Assembly (NCBI GenBank): GCA_028823955.1
Contig: JAPPFE010000001.1
Coordinates: 22,560-86,559 of the forward strand
Source: Candidatus Dadabacteria bacterium
GTDB taxonomy: Bacteria; Desulfobacterota_D; UBA1144; Nemesobacterales; Nemesobacteraceae
Direction of reading: 5' to 3'
Length of the DNA: 64,000 nt
This document shows, one piece after another, positions 21,538-31,580 of this stretch. Positions within the stretch are counted from its first letter, which is position 1; each line of letters starts with the position of its first letter. The position numbers were made by a program, and so were the translations under genes. A model generated the notes under the pieces. The model saw only the letters and a list, made by a program, of their open reading frames with translations. It did not search any database and was not told the origin of the DNA.

Positions 21538-22203
21538 TCACTCAACATATATTCTGGCTGAGTATCCCCGCTTCCTCAAAACTACGCGAAGCGTCTCGGC
21601 GTCTTTCCTTTTCTTGAACCTGCCAACCCTCACCCTGTAATAAGTATCCCCCTCAAAGGCAAAAGATTCCACCCTCACATCCTCGTCCGTGACACGCGAA
21701 AGCTTTCTTTTGAGTTCATTGGCCGCCGCCTTGCTTCGAAAAGAGCCGGCTTGGACTGTGTAGAGGGAGACAAAAAGGCTTTCTGACCTTTCAGAGGGTG
21801 TCGACAGCACTTCTACTTTCACTTCCACAACACCACTTCTAACAAGTCCGATGGCTTCCGCGGCCGCATATGAGAGATCTATCACCCTGCCCCTTATGTA
21901 AGGACCCCTGTCATTTATCCTGACCCTTACCTGCCTACCATTCTCGCGATTGGTAACACGCACGACGGTACCAAAAGGAAGCTCCTTGTGCGCCGCGGTA
22001 TAGGCATTTCTATTGAATACCTCGCCACTTGCGGACCTCTTGCCATGTTCCTTGTCCCCGTACCAGGAAGCCTTGCCGTACTGTACGGTATGCGTCGACT
22101 TGGGCCGCTGAAAATCCCGGCTTTCCCACTTTGGGGAACCTGAAGAAAAAGAGCAACCGACCGCAAAAAACGCAATCAAGACGGCGAATCTGACCCAGAT
22201 CAT
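21538..22203 (-). CDS. rlpA: Septal ring lytic transglycosylase RlpA (DPBB + SPOR lipoprotein)
   Basis: Lipobox AVGC; GKASWYG, TAAHKELPFG, INDRGPY and IDLSYAAA motifs; SPOR domain VQAGSF...YRVRVG. Confidence 0.92.
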   Translation of the reverse strand: MIWVRFAVLIAFFAVGCSFSSGSPKWESRDFQRPKSTHTVQYGKASWYGDKEHGKRSASGEVFNRNAYTAAHKELPFGTVVRVTNRENGRQVRVRINDRGPYIRGRVIDLSYAAAEAIGLVRSGVVEVKVEVLSTPSERSESLFVSLYTVQAGSFRSKAAANELKRKLSRVTDEDVRVESFAFEGDTYYRVRVGRFKKRKDAETLRVVLRKRGYSARIYVE

Positions 22204-22334
22204 AAGGTTCTATTTTACCATAACGGATTCCCTCGCAGACACCGACATGCCGGAAATACCCGTTTTACCGGCCGCAGTCTTGAGATTATAAGCGGTTATA
22301 ATAAAATAGTGCCACCAAAAAACAGGCAGATACG

Positions 22335-23531
22335 ATGAACCGGCCGGATTATAATTTTTCCCTGATAAACCGACTTCCCCCTTACGTGCTAGGCGTAGTC
22401 AACGAACTTAAACACAAAGCACGCGCCAGAGGAGAGGATATAATCGACCTCGGCATGGGGAACCCTGATCAGGCAACGCCGGACCACATAGTGGAGAAAC
22501 TGCGCGAGGCAGTAAGTGAACCCAGAAACCACAGATACTCCGCTTCCGCCGGATTGCCCAAACTTCGTCTGGCCATAACCGACTGGTACAGAAGAAAATA
22601 CGATGTTGACCTTGACCCGGATTCCGAAGCCGTCGTCACGATAGGATCAAAAGAAGGCATATCGCATTTAATGGTCTCCATACTCTCCCCAGGAGATATG
22701 GCGATAGTTCCAAATCCCTCCTACCCGATACACAGCTACTCCGTAATCATAGCAAGAGGAGACACTCACAGTTGCCCCATGGGGAAGAAAGAAGACTTGA
22801 TACAGTCAATAGAAAAAGCGATAAAGGAAGTGTGGCCAAAACCCAAAGTCCTTATTCTTTCATTTCCCAACAACCCGACAACACAAGTCATGGACCTTGA
22901 TTTCTTCGAGAAAATCTGTGACCTGGCACGTGAGACGGGTCTTATAGTAGTGCATGATCTGGTTTACGCAGAGCTGTGTTATGACGGATACAAGGCCCCG
23001 AGCATAATGCAGGTAAAGGGAGCCAAAGACGTTGCGGTGGAATTCTATTCACTTTCCAAAACCTACAGCATGCCCGGCTGGAGGGTAGGCTTCATGGTGG
23101 GAAATCCAGAAATCGTCTCCGCGCTCAAAAGGATAAAAAGTTACCTTGACTACGGAATATTCCAGCCGATCCAGATAGCCGCAATTACCGCTCTCAACGG
23201 ACCTCAGGAACCTGTAGAGCGCATAAGGGAAACCTACAGGTCCAGAAGAGACAAGCTGATCGAATCATTCGCAAGGGCTGGATGGGAAATCCCAAAACCG
23301 AAAGCCACTATGTTCGTATGGGCACAGATACCTGAAGAGTTTGCGGAAATGGGGTCGCTTGAATTCTCGAAACTTCTTATAGAGAAATCAAAAGTCGCCG
23401 TATCCCCCGGAGTGGGATTCGGAAACTACGGAGAGGGATTCGTAAGACTTGCGCTTGTTGAGAACGAAAACAGAATAACTCAGGCGGCAAGGGGAGTTAG
23501 GAAGCTTCTTCAGGGCGCCCACGGCTACTAA
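22335..23531 (+). CDS. Class I/II PLP aminotransferase (AlaC / LL-DAP aminotransferase-like)
   Basis: [30 protein letters not shown] and IKSYLDYG motifs. Confidence 0.85.
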   Translation: MNRPDYNFSLINRLPPYVLGVVNELKHKARARGEDIIDLGMGNPDQATPDHIVEKLREAVSEPRNHRYSASAGLPKLRLAITDWYRRKYDVDLDPDSEAVVTIGSKEGISHLMVSILSPGDMAIVPNPSYPIHSYSVIIARGDTHSCPMGKKEDLIQSIEKAIKEVWPKPKVLILSFPNNPTTQVMDLDFFEKICDLARETGLIVVHDLVYAELCYDGYKAPSIMQVKGAKDVAVEFYSLSKTYSMPGWRVGFMVGNPEIVSALKRIKSYLDYGIFQPIQIAAITALNGPQEPVERIRETYRSRRDKLIESFARAGWEIPKPKATMFVWAQIPEEFAEMGSLEFSKLLIEKSKVAVSPGVGFGNYGEGFVRLALVENENRITQAARGVRKLLQGAHGY

Positions 23532-25429
23532 AAAGCCTGCCCTATGCTTATAAAAATCTTGAATCTGTCGTCTCTTTCCTCATCCTCGGGGTTTAGAAGG
23601 TAGCCGAAATCCGCCCTGATCGGCCCGATAATAGTATGGTATCTCAATCCGGCACCGGCCGCGTACTTCAGGTTGGAAGCACTGAAACCGAAACTCTTTG
23701 AATAAACATTTCCGTAATCGAAGAAAATTACTGCTCCAAGCTTGTTAAAAAGCCCGAAGCGGGCTTCAGCGTTGCCAATGATCATAGAGTTGCCCCCAAG
23801 AGGATCCCGATCCGAATTAAGCGGACTCAGATGCTGAAATGAATAACCCCTCATGCTTGCACTGCCTCCGGCGAAGAATCTTTTGAAGATCGGCACGTCA
23901 AGCGGGTCAGTCCCCCCAAGTGTGCTTATATTTCCAATCGTCGCCCTTTTTCCCAGAACGATCCCGGAAACACTCTTGTAGTATCTTAACTCGGCCAGAA
24001 ACTTCAGGTAATCGGTGCGGGCGGAGCTAGTGGTCTGAATCGGTCTTTCCATGAAGAAAAACAGCCGCATTCCACTGGTAGGATTTATAAGGCTGTCAGT
24101 CAGGTCATACTCAATTCCCAGATCAACAACCGTCAGGAAAACGCTGTCGCGGGCACTTTCAATCGGCGTTCTTACCACCTGAGAGTCTATATCCGCAAAT
24201 ACGACGTTCAGGGAACTGAAAAGTGTGAGATAATCAAAAAACTCCTTGGACAAGGTACTGTTGAAATCGAAACTCAAGCCCTCATAGCCCGGGAAATCAT
24301 CCCTTCTCACGTCAAGCAAAAAAGTAAGACTGGAATTTCTGCCGACTAAGTGGGGCTGATCAAGTCTGGCCAGTAAACCCCGTGTCAGGGATGAATAACT
24401 GGAAGTGACCTGAAGGGTCCTTCCGCCGTCAAAAAAATTCCTCTGGCTCCAAGATAGCTGCGCCCTTAGATTGTCCTCCGTGGCGTATCCAACTCCAAGC
24501 CTTATCGTTCCGAGTTTCCTTTCAGTAACGCTGTATATAGTCCGAACCTCGAAGTTCCGCTCGTCGTATTCAGTATCCACTATAACGGAATTGAAAAGTC
24601 CGGTTTCAAAAATGTTCGCCCGCGATTTCTGAGTCTCTTTGAGAGAAAACAGGTCCCCTTGCTCGTACTCTATCTCCCGCTCGAGAAGTCTGGTGGCAAT
24701 ATCGGAATTTCCCCTGAACATCACGTCGCCGAAATAATATTCCTGGCCCGGATCGATGATGAATTCAACATTAACCTCTCTGCTCCTCAGGCTCACAATC
24801 GCTTCGGATTTTACATCCGCCAGAGGATAACCCCTATCGGAGAACAACTCCGTGATAAGAACTTTTGACCTCTGGTAGCTTATCTGGGAAAAAGGTTTCC
24901 CCTCTTCCAAGAGGATTACCTCGGCGATATCGGAGACGTAATCGTCCGGGTGGTTACCAAGAACTGCTATGTTCAAAGTCTTCACTATTACGGGGTCCCC
25001 TTGCTCCACCCTTATTTCTATATCCACTTTTCGGTTTCCATCCCGGAAATCTAAGGTATGGGTTACTGTGGAACCGTAATAACCATGTTCCCTGAGAACC
25101 TGCTCTATTCTTTTTATATCGTCCTCAAGGAACTGCTCGTTGAATTCCGGACGTTCTCTCCAAGGTCTCCTTGAGGGAAAAGGAGTTATCATGGAGTCCT
25201 TTATTCTCTCGAGTTCTATGTCTTTTAACCCCTTTATCTTGATCCCGGAGATAAAAACCGTTTCGTCTTCCTCGGCTCTAACATCCAAAGCCAAGGGGAA
25301 AAGGACGAGAAGAAAAAAAAGCCCCGAGAGCAAAAAGGCGACGCTTTGAGGTATGCAAAGGAGTTCGCGCGGGAAGTTGCTGCTATAGTTGCGGTCAGAA
25401 AAAGAAGATATAGGACTATCCATTTCCAT
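23528..25429 (-). CDS. Omp85 family outer membrane protein (TamA/BamA-like, about 3 POTRA domains)
   Basis: POTRA repeats; [13 protein letters not shown]; GPIRADFG; C-terminal FISIGQAF. Start uncertain. Confidence 0.85.
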   Translation of the reverse strand: MEMDSPISSFSDRNYSSNFPRELLCIPQSVAFLLSGLFFLLVLFPLALDVRAEEDETVFISGIKIKGLKDIELERIKDSMITPFPSRRPWRERPEFNEQFLEDDIKRIEQVLREHGYYGSTVTHTLDFRDGNRKVDIEIRVEQGDPVIVKTLNIAVLGNHPDDYVSDIAEVILLEEGKPFSQISYQRSKVLITELFSDRGYPLADVKSEAIVSLRSREVNVEFIIDPGQEYYFGDVMFRGNSDIATRLLEREIEYEQGDLFSLKETQKSRANIFETGLFNSVIVDTEYDERNFEVRTIYSVTERKLGTIRLGVGYATEDNLRAQLSWSQRNFFDGGRTLQVTSSYSSLTRGLLARLDQPHLVGRNSSLTFLLDVRRDDFPGYEGLSFDFNSTLSKEFFDYLTLFSSLNVVFADIDSQVVRTPIESARDSVFLTVVDLGIEYDLTDSLINPTSGMRLFFFMERPIQTTSSARTDYLKFLAELRYYKSVSGIVLGKRATIGNISTLGGTDPLDVPIFKRFFAGGSASMRGYSFQHLSPLNSDRDPLGGNSMIIGNAEARFGLFNKLGAVIFFDYGNVYSKSFGFSASNLKYAAGAGLRYHTIIGPIRADFGYLLNPEDEERDDRFKIFISIGQAF

Positions 25430-25708
25430 TAATGTTAACAAGGACAAATTGACTTTGACAAGAACAAACCGAAAAAACCGGCGGGTTAGAAACAGACGCA
25501 GACACTTTAGCTGTACAAGAATCAACGATAACCGGCCGTGCGCGTAAAACCACATGCAGAGCGATTCCGGACCAGGAGACAATTGACAAAATTGCCGAAC
25601 CCGCACCGCCTAAGAAGCAGCAATTCGCATGTATAGCGGGAAAAAACAAGACCGCTTATACATAATAATACGGCAATATGATATTATTTTTACCGAGGTC
25701 GTTTAACC

Positions 25709-26029
25709 ATGGAGCTTTTGTTGCTCATTCTGTTTGTCCTGGTCGGATTTTTCGCCGGCACATATATACTGGGGACTTTCTTCTCCCTTGTTTTCATGCA
25801 GTTGCCGGAGGTCTTCAGATCAAGGGCCAGTGGGAGTTCTGAAGTGCCTGTACAGAGGCTTGCGCATCTAATTTTGGAAACCATAGGGTGGTTCCTGCTA
25901 CTTCTCTCGCTTATATTCCTAGTAAACAAGTACCTTGCCGGCTATCAGAAGCTTTTTCTCTGCGGTATATACGTAGCCTTGGCTTTCCACATAGGAACGC
26001 TTCTGAACCTTTACGGAAGACCTTCGTAA
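25709..26029 (+). CDS. Hypothetical membrane protein
   Basis: GAGG RBS; three hydrophobic segments. Confidence 0.55.
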   Translation: MELLLLILFVLVGFFAGTYILGTFFSLVFMQLPEVFRSRASGSSEVPVQRLAHLILETIGWFLLLLSLIFLVNKYLAGYQKLFLCGIYVALAFHIGTLLNLYGRPS

Positions 26030-26168
26030 AGCGCAAAGAGAAAAACAGGGAGGACCGCGTCGCTTTCTCGTGCTGTGTGAGTATAGACGTGCTCTCAAAT
26101 TCAACTAATCCAGTTTTTTACTCGAGGCAGGTCGCAAGACCCAAGGGAAAAACCACTGTTTTTACGGG

Positions 26169-26789
26169 CTAGCGCTTTTTCTGCGCTGAAAAGTTACTAT
26201 CAATAAACATCTGCCTGGCAGGATCTCCTGGATCCTCCCTGCGTTTGCGGCGCAGATCCTTCGCCGTCTTTTTTTCCAGAACAGGTTTATGAATATATTC
26301 AATTTCTATTGTTCTTTTTTTAGAGTTCACGTTTGCAAGTACTACTGTGTCCGAAAGATTCCACGACAGAACCTCGTAAGAGAACATCTTCTCCCGCTCG
26401 AAAGCGTCGCCGAGAACATTAGCAAGATCACCGACAAGTTCGCTTTTTGCGAACGCAAAACGGGTCTCATCCTCAAAACTGAATAAGATGGAACTTGACA
26501 TAAGATTGTCTTTATAAAATTCAAGCCGGGTTTCATGGTCGGGCGGCGGGTCAAGAGCAACTCCGGACAAGGAACCGTCCAGAACGACTTTTCGTAGATC
26601 GTTTGAGTACTCGCGATCAGAAATAACCTTGAGTTTGGAAGATTCGATCAGATTAAGTGCGTCTTTTTTAGAAATCCCGAATTCAAAACCGTGAGGAATC
26701 CTGAGATTCACTTGGCTTCCCTCAAGAGGAAAGGGAAAGAAGAAGCAAACTGAAAAAATAAGCGTCAGCCAAATTCTCGCGCAATGCAT
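26169..26789 (-). CDS. Hypothetical exported protein
   Basis: ORF with an N-terminal hydrophobic signal-like segment; no recognisable family; start uncertain. Confidence 0.55.
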   Translation of the reverse strand: MHCARIWLTLIFSVCFFFPFPLEGSQVNLRIPHGFEFGISKKDALNLIESSKLKVISDREYSNDLRKVVLDGSLSGVALDPPPDHETRLEFYKDNLMSSSILFSFEDETRFAFAKSELVGDLANVLGDAFEREKMFSYEVLSWNLSDTVVLANVNSKKRTIEIEYIHKPVLEKKTAKDLRRKRREDPGDPARQMFIDSNFSAQKKR

Positions 26790-26894
26790 AAGGTTTTCCC
26801 GTGATATAAATCGCTTAAACCCGTGGTATACTTTGGGACCTGTGATTCTAACTGTTTTATACAAGCTTGTTAAACGCAGCACGGTGAAACTTTA

Positions 26895-27362
26895 ATGGAA
26901 ACGATCATAGGAGTAATCGGAGCAGCTAACGCAAGTGAGAAGGAAGAAAAAACTTCGGAAGAGGTCGGAGTTCTTATTGCCAAAGGGGATTGTTTTCTGC
27001 TTTGCGGCGGAATGGGAGGAGTTATGGAAGCCGCGTGCCGAGGAGCAAAATCAGCCGGAGGCACCACAATCGGGATCCTCCCCGGACCCGAAGCCTCCTT
27101 GGCCAACAGATTCATCGACATACCAATAGTTACAGGGATGGGTGAAGCAAGAAACGTGATAGTAGCAAAGTCAAGCCATTCTATAATCGCCATTGGAGGC
27201 AGTTTCGGCACCCTGTCGGAGATATCGTTCGCACTTAAGTCCGGAATTCCCGTTATCGGGCTTGACACCTGGGATGTCTCTGAGGAAATTATCAAATGCG
27301 AAACCCCGGAAGAAGCAGTGAGAACAGCCTTTGAGCTATCCTCCCTCAGGAAAAGGGCCTGA
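26895..27362 (+). CDS. TIGR00725 / LOG-like Rossmann-fold protein
   Basis: CGGMGGVMEAACRGA, TIGILPG, GEARN and GTLSEI motifs. Confidence 0.88.
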   Translation: METIIGVIGAANASEKEEKTSEEVGVLIAKGDCFLLCGGMGGVMEAACRGAKSAGGTTIGILPGPEASLANRFIDIPIVTGMGEARNVIVAKSSHSIIAIGGSFGTLSEISFALKSGIPVIGLDTWDVSEEIIKCETPEEAVRTAFELSSLRKRA

Positions 27363-27919
27363 TGAAAACCTCCCCGAACAAGCAAAAAGAAATGGCACTG
27401 GAAGAGATAGGAAGTTACATAAGACGCGTTCCCGATTTCCCGAGCAAGGGAATACTTTTCTACGATATAACCACGCTGATTAAAAACGCCGGAGCTTTTC
27501 AAAAATCCGTTGACATGATGGCGGAAATGCTCGCCGGCAAGGAGATAACCTCATTTGTCGCGCCCGAGAGCCGAGGTTTTATCTTCGCTTCCGCCTTATC
27601 CTATAAGCTTGGAAAAGAATTGATCCTAGTGAGGAAGCCCGGCAAGTTGCCAAGCGACACCGCAAGCGTTTCATATGACCTTGAGTATGGAAAAGACGTT
27701 CTGGAAATTCACAAAGACGCGATAAACGGTAAAAGCAGAGCAGTAATCGTCGATGATCTCCTGGCCACGGGGGGGACAGCGCACAGTACCGGGCGCCTAG
27801 TGGAAGAACTAGGCGGAAGCGTCGCCGGGTACCTCTTTCTTGTAGAACTTACGGGACTCAAGGGGGCCGAGGCTCTTTCCCCCCACCCGGTCTGGTCCCT
27901 ACTTAAAATGCCGGGGTAA
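27362..27919 (+). CDS. apt: Adenine phosphoribosyltransferase
   Basis: PDFPSKGILFYDIT, ESRGF, RKPGKLP and VDDLLATGGT motifs. Confidence 0.96.
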   Translation: MKTSPNKQKEMALEEIGSYIRRVPDFPSKGILFYDITTLIKNAGAFQKSVDMMAEMLAGKEITSFVAPESRGFIFASALSYKLGKELILVRKPGKLPSDTASVSYDLEYGKDVLEIHKDAINGKSRAVIVDDLLATGGTAHSTGRLVEELGGSVAGYLFLVELTGLKGAEALSPHPVWSLLKMPG

Positions 27920-27922
27920 AAA

Positions 27923-29023
27923 TTGAAAAAGATACAAGTCAAAGTCAGGTCAAACGAAGATAACTCCTATGAAATCCTGATCGGCCAAGGTCTTCTGAGC
28001 CAGATTGCCGGCGATCTGGTCGAGGCATCCATAGCTCATTCCCATGCCCTAGTAACCGATTCAAACGTGGCGGATCTCTATGGAGCAAAACTTCTGAGCG
28101 ATCTTGGGGAAGTGCTCCCAGAAGTCAGTATGATTGTTTTTCCGGCGGGAGAGCAAAGCAAAACCAGAGAAATCAAGTCCTTCATAGAAGACAAGATGCT
28201 CGAATCGGGATTCGGCAGGGATTCTTCGGTCATAGCACTCGGCGGCGGGGTCGTGGGAGATATAGCAGGATTCGTGGCCGCCACTTACATGAGGGGAGTA
28301 CCCTGCGTTCAGGTGCCGACAAGCCTAGTTGCCTGCGTTGACAGTTCGGTGGGAGGAAAAACTGCTGTAGACACCCCTCACGGAAAAAACCTCATCGGTT
28401 CCTTCTATCAACCATGGCGGGTGTATGTGGACACAGACATGCTTAAAACCCTTGAACCGAAGCAACTCGCGGAGGGACTCGCCGAAATAATTAAATACGG
28501 TGTAATAAGGAGTGAGAATTTCTTCCAGTACCTAGAAGCAAATATCGAGAAAGTCTACGAATTCGACGACGCTACGCTGCTCGAGGTGATAGAGACAAGC
28601 TGCAGAATCAAGGCGGAAGTGGTCGAGAAGGACGAAAAGGAGCAGAACCTGCGGAAAATCCTTAATTTCGGACACACGGTCGGCCACGCAATCGAGCAAC
28701 TATCCGACTATACAATCTCCCACGGAGAAGCGATTTCCGCGGGAATGGCAATTGAGGGAAAAATCGCTCTGGGTGAAACAGGGTGGAGCGAAGAAGAACA
28801 GGAAAGGCTCACCCTTCTTCTGCAGAGAGCGGGACTTCCTACTGAGCCTCCACGCGGGGTAAACGTGGGGAAAATAATCGACGTCATGAAGATCGACAAG
28901 AAAGCCAGAAAAGGCAAGATAGAAATGTCGCTTCCCGAGTGCATAGGCAAGATGAAAGAACATAAGGGAGATTACGGAATAAAGATCGGGGAGCAGACCA
29001 TAATTTCCGCTTTCAGATCCTGA
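27923..29023 (+). CDS. aroB: 3-dehydroquinate synthase
   Basis: GGGVVGD, DSSVGGKT, KNLIGSFYQP and LNFGHTVGHAIE motifs; TTG start. Confidence 0.96.
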   Translation: MKKIQVKVRSNEDNSYEILIGQGLLSQIAGDLVEASIAHSHALVTDSNVADLYGAKLLSDLGEVLPEVSMIVFPAGEQSKTREIKSFIEDKMLESGFGRDSSVIALGGGVVGDIAGFVAATYMRGVPCVQVPTSLVACVDSSVGGKTAVDTPHGKNLIGSFYQPWRVYVDTDMLKTLEPKQLAEGLAEIIKYGVIRSENFFQYLEANIEKVYEFDDATLLEVIETSCRIKAEVVEKDEKEQNLRKILNFGHTVGHAIEQLSDYTISHGEAISAGMAIEGKIALGETGWSEEEQERLTLLLQRAGLPTEPPRGVNVGKIIDVMKIDKKARKGKIEMSLPECIGKMKEHKGDYGIKIGEQTIISAFRS

Positions 29024-29031
29024 CACGGAAA

Positions 29032-29640
29032 ATGAAGTTAACCGACCCCGCGGTGGACATCTCTTTGTTTTCGCTTCCCATCGGCAAAAAAGACATCTTC
29101 TGCGACGAAAAACCCCTAATACTTGAGATTGGCTTTGGAGAAGGAGAATTTCTCATAAACGCAGCGCAGTGCGACGCAAGCAGAAACTACCTTGGTATCG
29201 AGATCAAGAGAGGAAGATTTCGAAAAGCGGTGCGTGCTGCGGAAGAGCTCTCCCTGGAAAACTTAAAATTCCTCCACGTTGAAGCTGAGATCGCACTCAG
29301 ACAGGTCTTCAGAGAAAGAATGTTTGATCTTGTCTTGGTGAACTTCCCCGACCCCTGGCCGAAGAAAAGACATTCAAAACACAGAATGTTCAACCGGGAA
29401 TTTATAAGCTGCCTGGCAAAAGTGCTTACGAGAAGCGGGAGGACCGTAATAAAGACCGATCAGTTGAGCTACATTGAGCAGATAGTGTCCGAATTCAAAA
29501 GAAGTCGCCTGTTCCGTCCCGTGCACCCTCCACCCGGTTTCGTCGAGGCTCGAAGAGGAGAAACAGAAACGAAATTCGAAAAACATTTCAGGGAAGCTTC
29601 GCAAAAGATATTCAGCGCCGTTTTTCTAAATCTTCCCTAG
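29032..29640 (+). CDS. trmB: tRNA (guanine-N7)-methyltransferase
   Basis: LEIGFGEG, NFPDPWPKKRH and TKFE motifs. Confidence 0.93.
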   Translation: MKLTDPAVDISLFSLPIGKKDIFCDEKPLILEIGFGEGEFLINAAQCDASRNYLGIEIKRGRFRKAVRAAEELSLENLKFLHVEAEIALRQVFRERMFDLVLVNFPDPWPKKRHSKHRMFNREFISCLAKVLTRSGRTVIKTDQLSYIEQIVSEFKRSRLFRPVHPPPGFVEARRGETETKFEKHFREASQKIFSAVFLNLP

Positions 29641-29679
29641 CAAACAGGCTCAATACGTCGATATGTAAATACATTATAA

Positions 29680-29708
29680 TTGACATTAAGGATGTATTTA
29701 TATATTAA
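29680..29708 (+). promoter_or_regulatory. Putative sigma70 promoter of aroF
   Basis: TTGACA-17 bp-TATTAA upstream of a GGAGG RBS. Confidence 0.45.
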
Positions 29709-29745
29709 GTTTGTCCGTTCCGCACAAAATATGGAGGTTTTTTAA

Positions 29746-30765
29746 ATGATAGTAGTAATGAAGCAAAAGGCGACCAAGGAAGATATAGACAAGGTCAAAT
29801 CCGTCATAAAAGAACTTGGCTATTCGCCGCATCCAATCGAGGGAATTCTCAGGACTGTCATCGGAGTGGTCGGAGATGATAGAGGAAAGCCGCATGATCT
29901 CGACGTTCTCAAACAGCTACAGGGAGTCGAAAAGGTCGTTCCTGTGCTTCAGCCCTACAAGCTAACAAGCAGGGAAGTGAACGATGAAACCTCCGTTTTC
30001 AATGTGGAAGGCGTTACAGTAGGGGACAGGAATATCCCCATAATCGCAGGACCGTGCTCGGTTGAGAGCGAAGAACAGATAATGACAATTGCAGCTTCCA
30101 TAAAAGATTCAGGGGCGTCAATGCTCAGAGGCGGCGCGTTTAAGCCCAGAACTTCTCCCTATTCTTTCCAGGGTCTTGGAAAAGAGGGACTGGAACTTCT
30201 CATCAAGGCAAAAGAAGTGACCGGACTGCCCATAGTAACCGAAATAATGAGCCCGGATGACCTTGAACTGGTCGAGGAATACGCAGATGTGCTTCAGATC
30301 GGAGCGAGAAATTCCCAAAACTACTCGCTTTTAAGACATGTCGGCAAATCAAAAAAGGCCGTCCTGCTAAAACGGGGGATGTCAACAACCATAAACGAAT
30401 TTCTCATGTGCGCAGAGTATATACTGTCGGAGGGCAACAGTAACGTAATGCTCTGCGAACGCGGGATAAGGACCTTTGAGACCGCGACCAGAAATACTTT
30501 TGACCTGAACGCTATCCCGGTACTCAAGGAAAAGACCCACCTGCCTGTTTTCGCCGACCCTAGCCATGGAACCGGCTACTGGCAGTACGTAATTCCAGTA
30601 ACCTTAGCCTCAATAGCCGCCGGAGCGGACGGAGTAATTGTCGAGGTTCATAACAACCCGGAGATCGCCGTTAGTGACGGAGCTCAGTCGCTTAAACCGA
30701 AAACATTCAAAAACCTGATGGAAAAAGCTGCCCCCGTTGCCGAAGCCATTGGAAGAAGCATTTAG
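29746..30765 (+). CDS. aroF: DAHP synthase type I-beta with an N-terminal ferredoxin-like regulatory domain
   Basis: [29 protein letters not shown] and DPSH motifs. Confidence 0.94.
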   Translation: MIVVMKQKATKEDIDKVKSVIKELGYSPHPIEGILRTVIGVVGDDRGKPHDLDVLKQLQGVEKVVPVLQPYKLTSREVNDETSVFNVEGVTVGDRNIPIIAGPCSVESEEQIMTIAASIKDSGASMLRGGAFKPRTSPYSFQGLGKEGLELLIKAKEVTGLPIVTEIMSPDDLELVEEYADVLQIGARNSQNYSLLRHVGKSKKAVLLKRGMSTTINEFLMCAEYILSEGNSNVMLCERGIRTFETATRNTFDLNAIPVLKEKTHLPVFADPSHGTGYWQYVIPVTLASIAAGADGVIVEVHNNPEIAVSDGAQSLKPKTFKNLMEKAAPVAEAIGRSI

Positions 30766-30779
30766 AGATTTCTCGGATC

Positions 30780-31382
30780 TCAGAAGGAAATCAGGACTTT
30801 TCTTCCACTAAGAGTCAGTTTTCCCTCGCAGAAAAGCCTTATGGCTTCAGGCAGTATCCTGTGTTCCTCAGCATGGACTTTCTCAAGCAGAGTCTCTTCC
30901 GTATCTTCCTCCGTAACCGGAACAACGGCCTGAAGAATAATGGGACCCGCGTCAACTTCCTCTCTCACGAAGTGGACTGTGCAACCCGTTTGTTTCACTC
31001 CGTAGTCAAGTGCCTGTCTTACTGAATTTGTTCCCGGAAAAGAAGGAAGCAGGGAAGGATGAATGTTGATGATACGGTTCGCGAAACGGCCTAAGAAATA
31101 AGGAGTAAGTATCCTCATAAATCCGGCAAGTACGACAAGGCCTATGTCATATCTGTCGATTTTCGCGACTATCTGTCTTTCGAACTCTTCCCTTGATTCA
31201 AAATCCCTGCTGTCTACGAGTTCCACGGGAATACCGTGTTTCCTAGCCCTCTCAATCGCCATGACTCCAGGAGTATCACAGGCAACCACGGCTATATTTG
31301 CGGATTCTATGCCGGAATCTATTACCGCCTGAAGATTTGTTCCGCTTCCGGAAACAAACACGGCAACGTTGGTCTTTGACAT
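30780..31382 (-). CDS. purN: Phosphoribosylglycinamide formyltransferase
   Basis: SGSGTNLQA, LAGFMRIL, NIHPSLLPSF and DAGPII motifs. Confidence 0.96.
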   Translation of the reverse strand: MSKTNVAVFVSGSGTNLQAVIDSGIESANIAVVACDTPGVMAIERARKHGIPVELVDSRDFESREEFERQIVAKIDRYDIGLVVLAGFMRILTPYFLGRFANRIINIHPSLLPSFPGTNSVRQALDYGVKQTGCTVHFVREEVDAGPIILQAVVPVTEEDTEETLLEKVHAEEHRILPEAIRLFCEGKLTLSGRKVLISF

Positions 31383-31420
31383 CGCAGGCACCGGAAACTT
31401 GAGAAAGCAAGGGAAGAAAA

Positions 31421-31536
31421 AAGGGCAGCCACCTACTTTCCCACTCCTGAAAGGAGCAGTATCATCGGCCTATAAGGACTTAACTTCCGGGTTCGGGATG
31501 GGACCGGGTGCTTCCCCTTCAGCATAGCCACCCTAG
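31421..31536 (-). rRNA. rrf: 5S ribosomal RNA (stand-alone)
   Basis: Minus strand reads AGGGTGGC...CACCCGGTCCCATCCCGAACCCGGAAGTTAAG...GCCGATGATACT...GGGAAAGTAGGTGGCTGCCCT. Conserved 5S motifs, complementary ends (helix I), about 115 nt. Confidence 0.95.
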
Positions 31537-31543
31537 AAAAAAG

Positions 31544-31571
31544 AAATTACCACTGAAAAAAATAATGTCAA
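31544..31571 (-). promoter_or_regulatory. Sigma70 promoter of the 5S rRNA gene
   Basis: TTGACA-16 bp-TAATTT with an extended -10 TGn; predicted start at about 31537. Confidence 0.7.
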
Positions 31572-31580
31572 GCTAGAATA

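Noticed and set aside
25430-25708. Long intergenic region as a possible ncRNA
   Set aside because: No recognisable tRNA, tmRNA, SRP, 6S or riboswitch motif; explained by divergent promoters and the uncertain Omp85 start.
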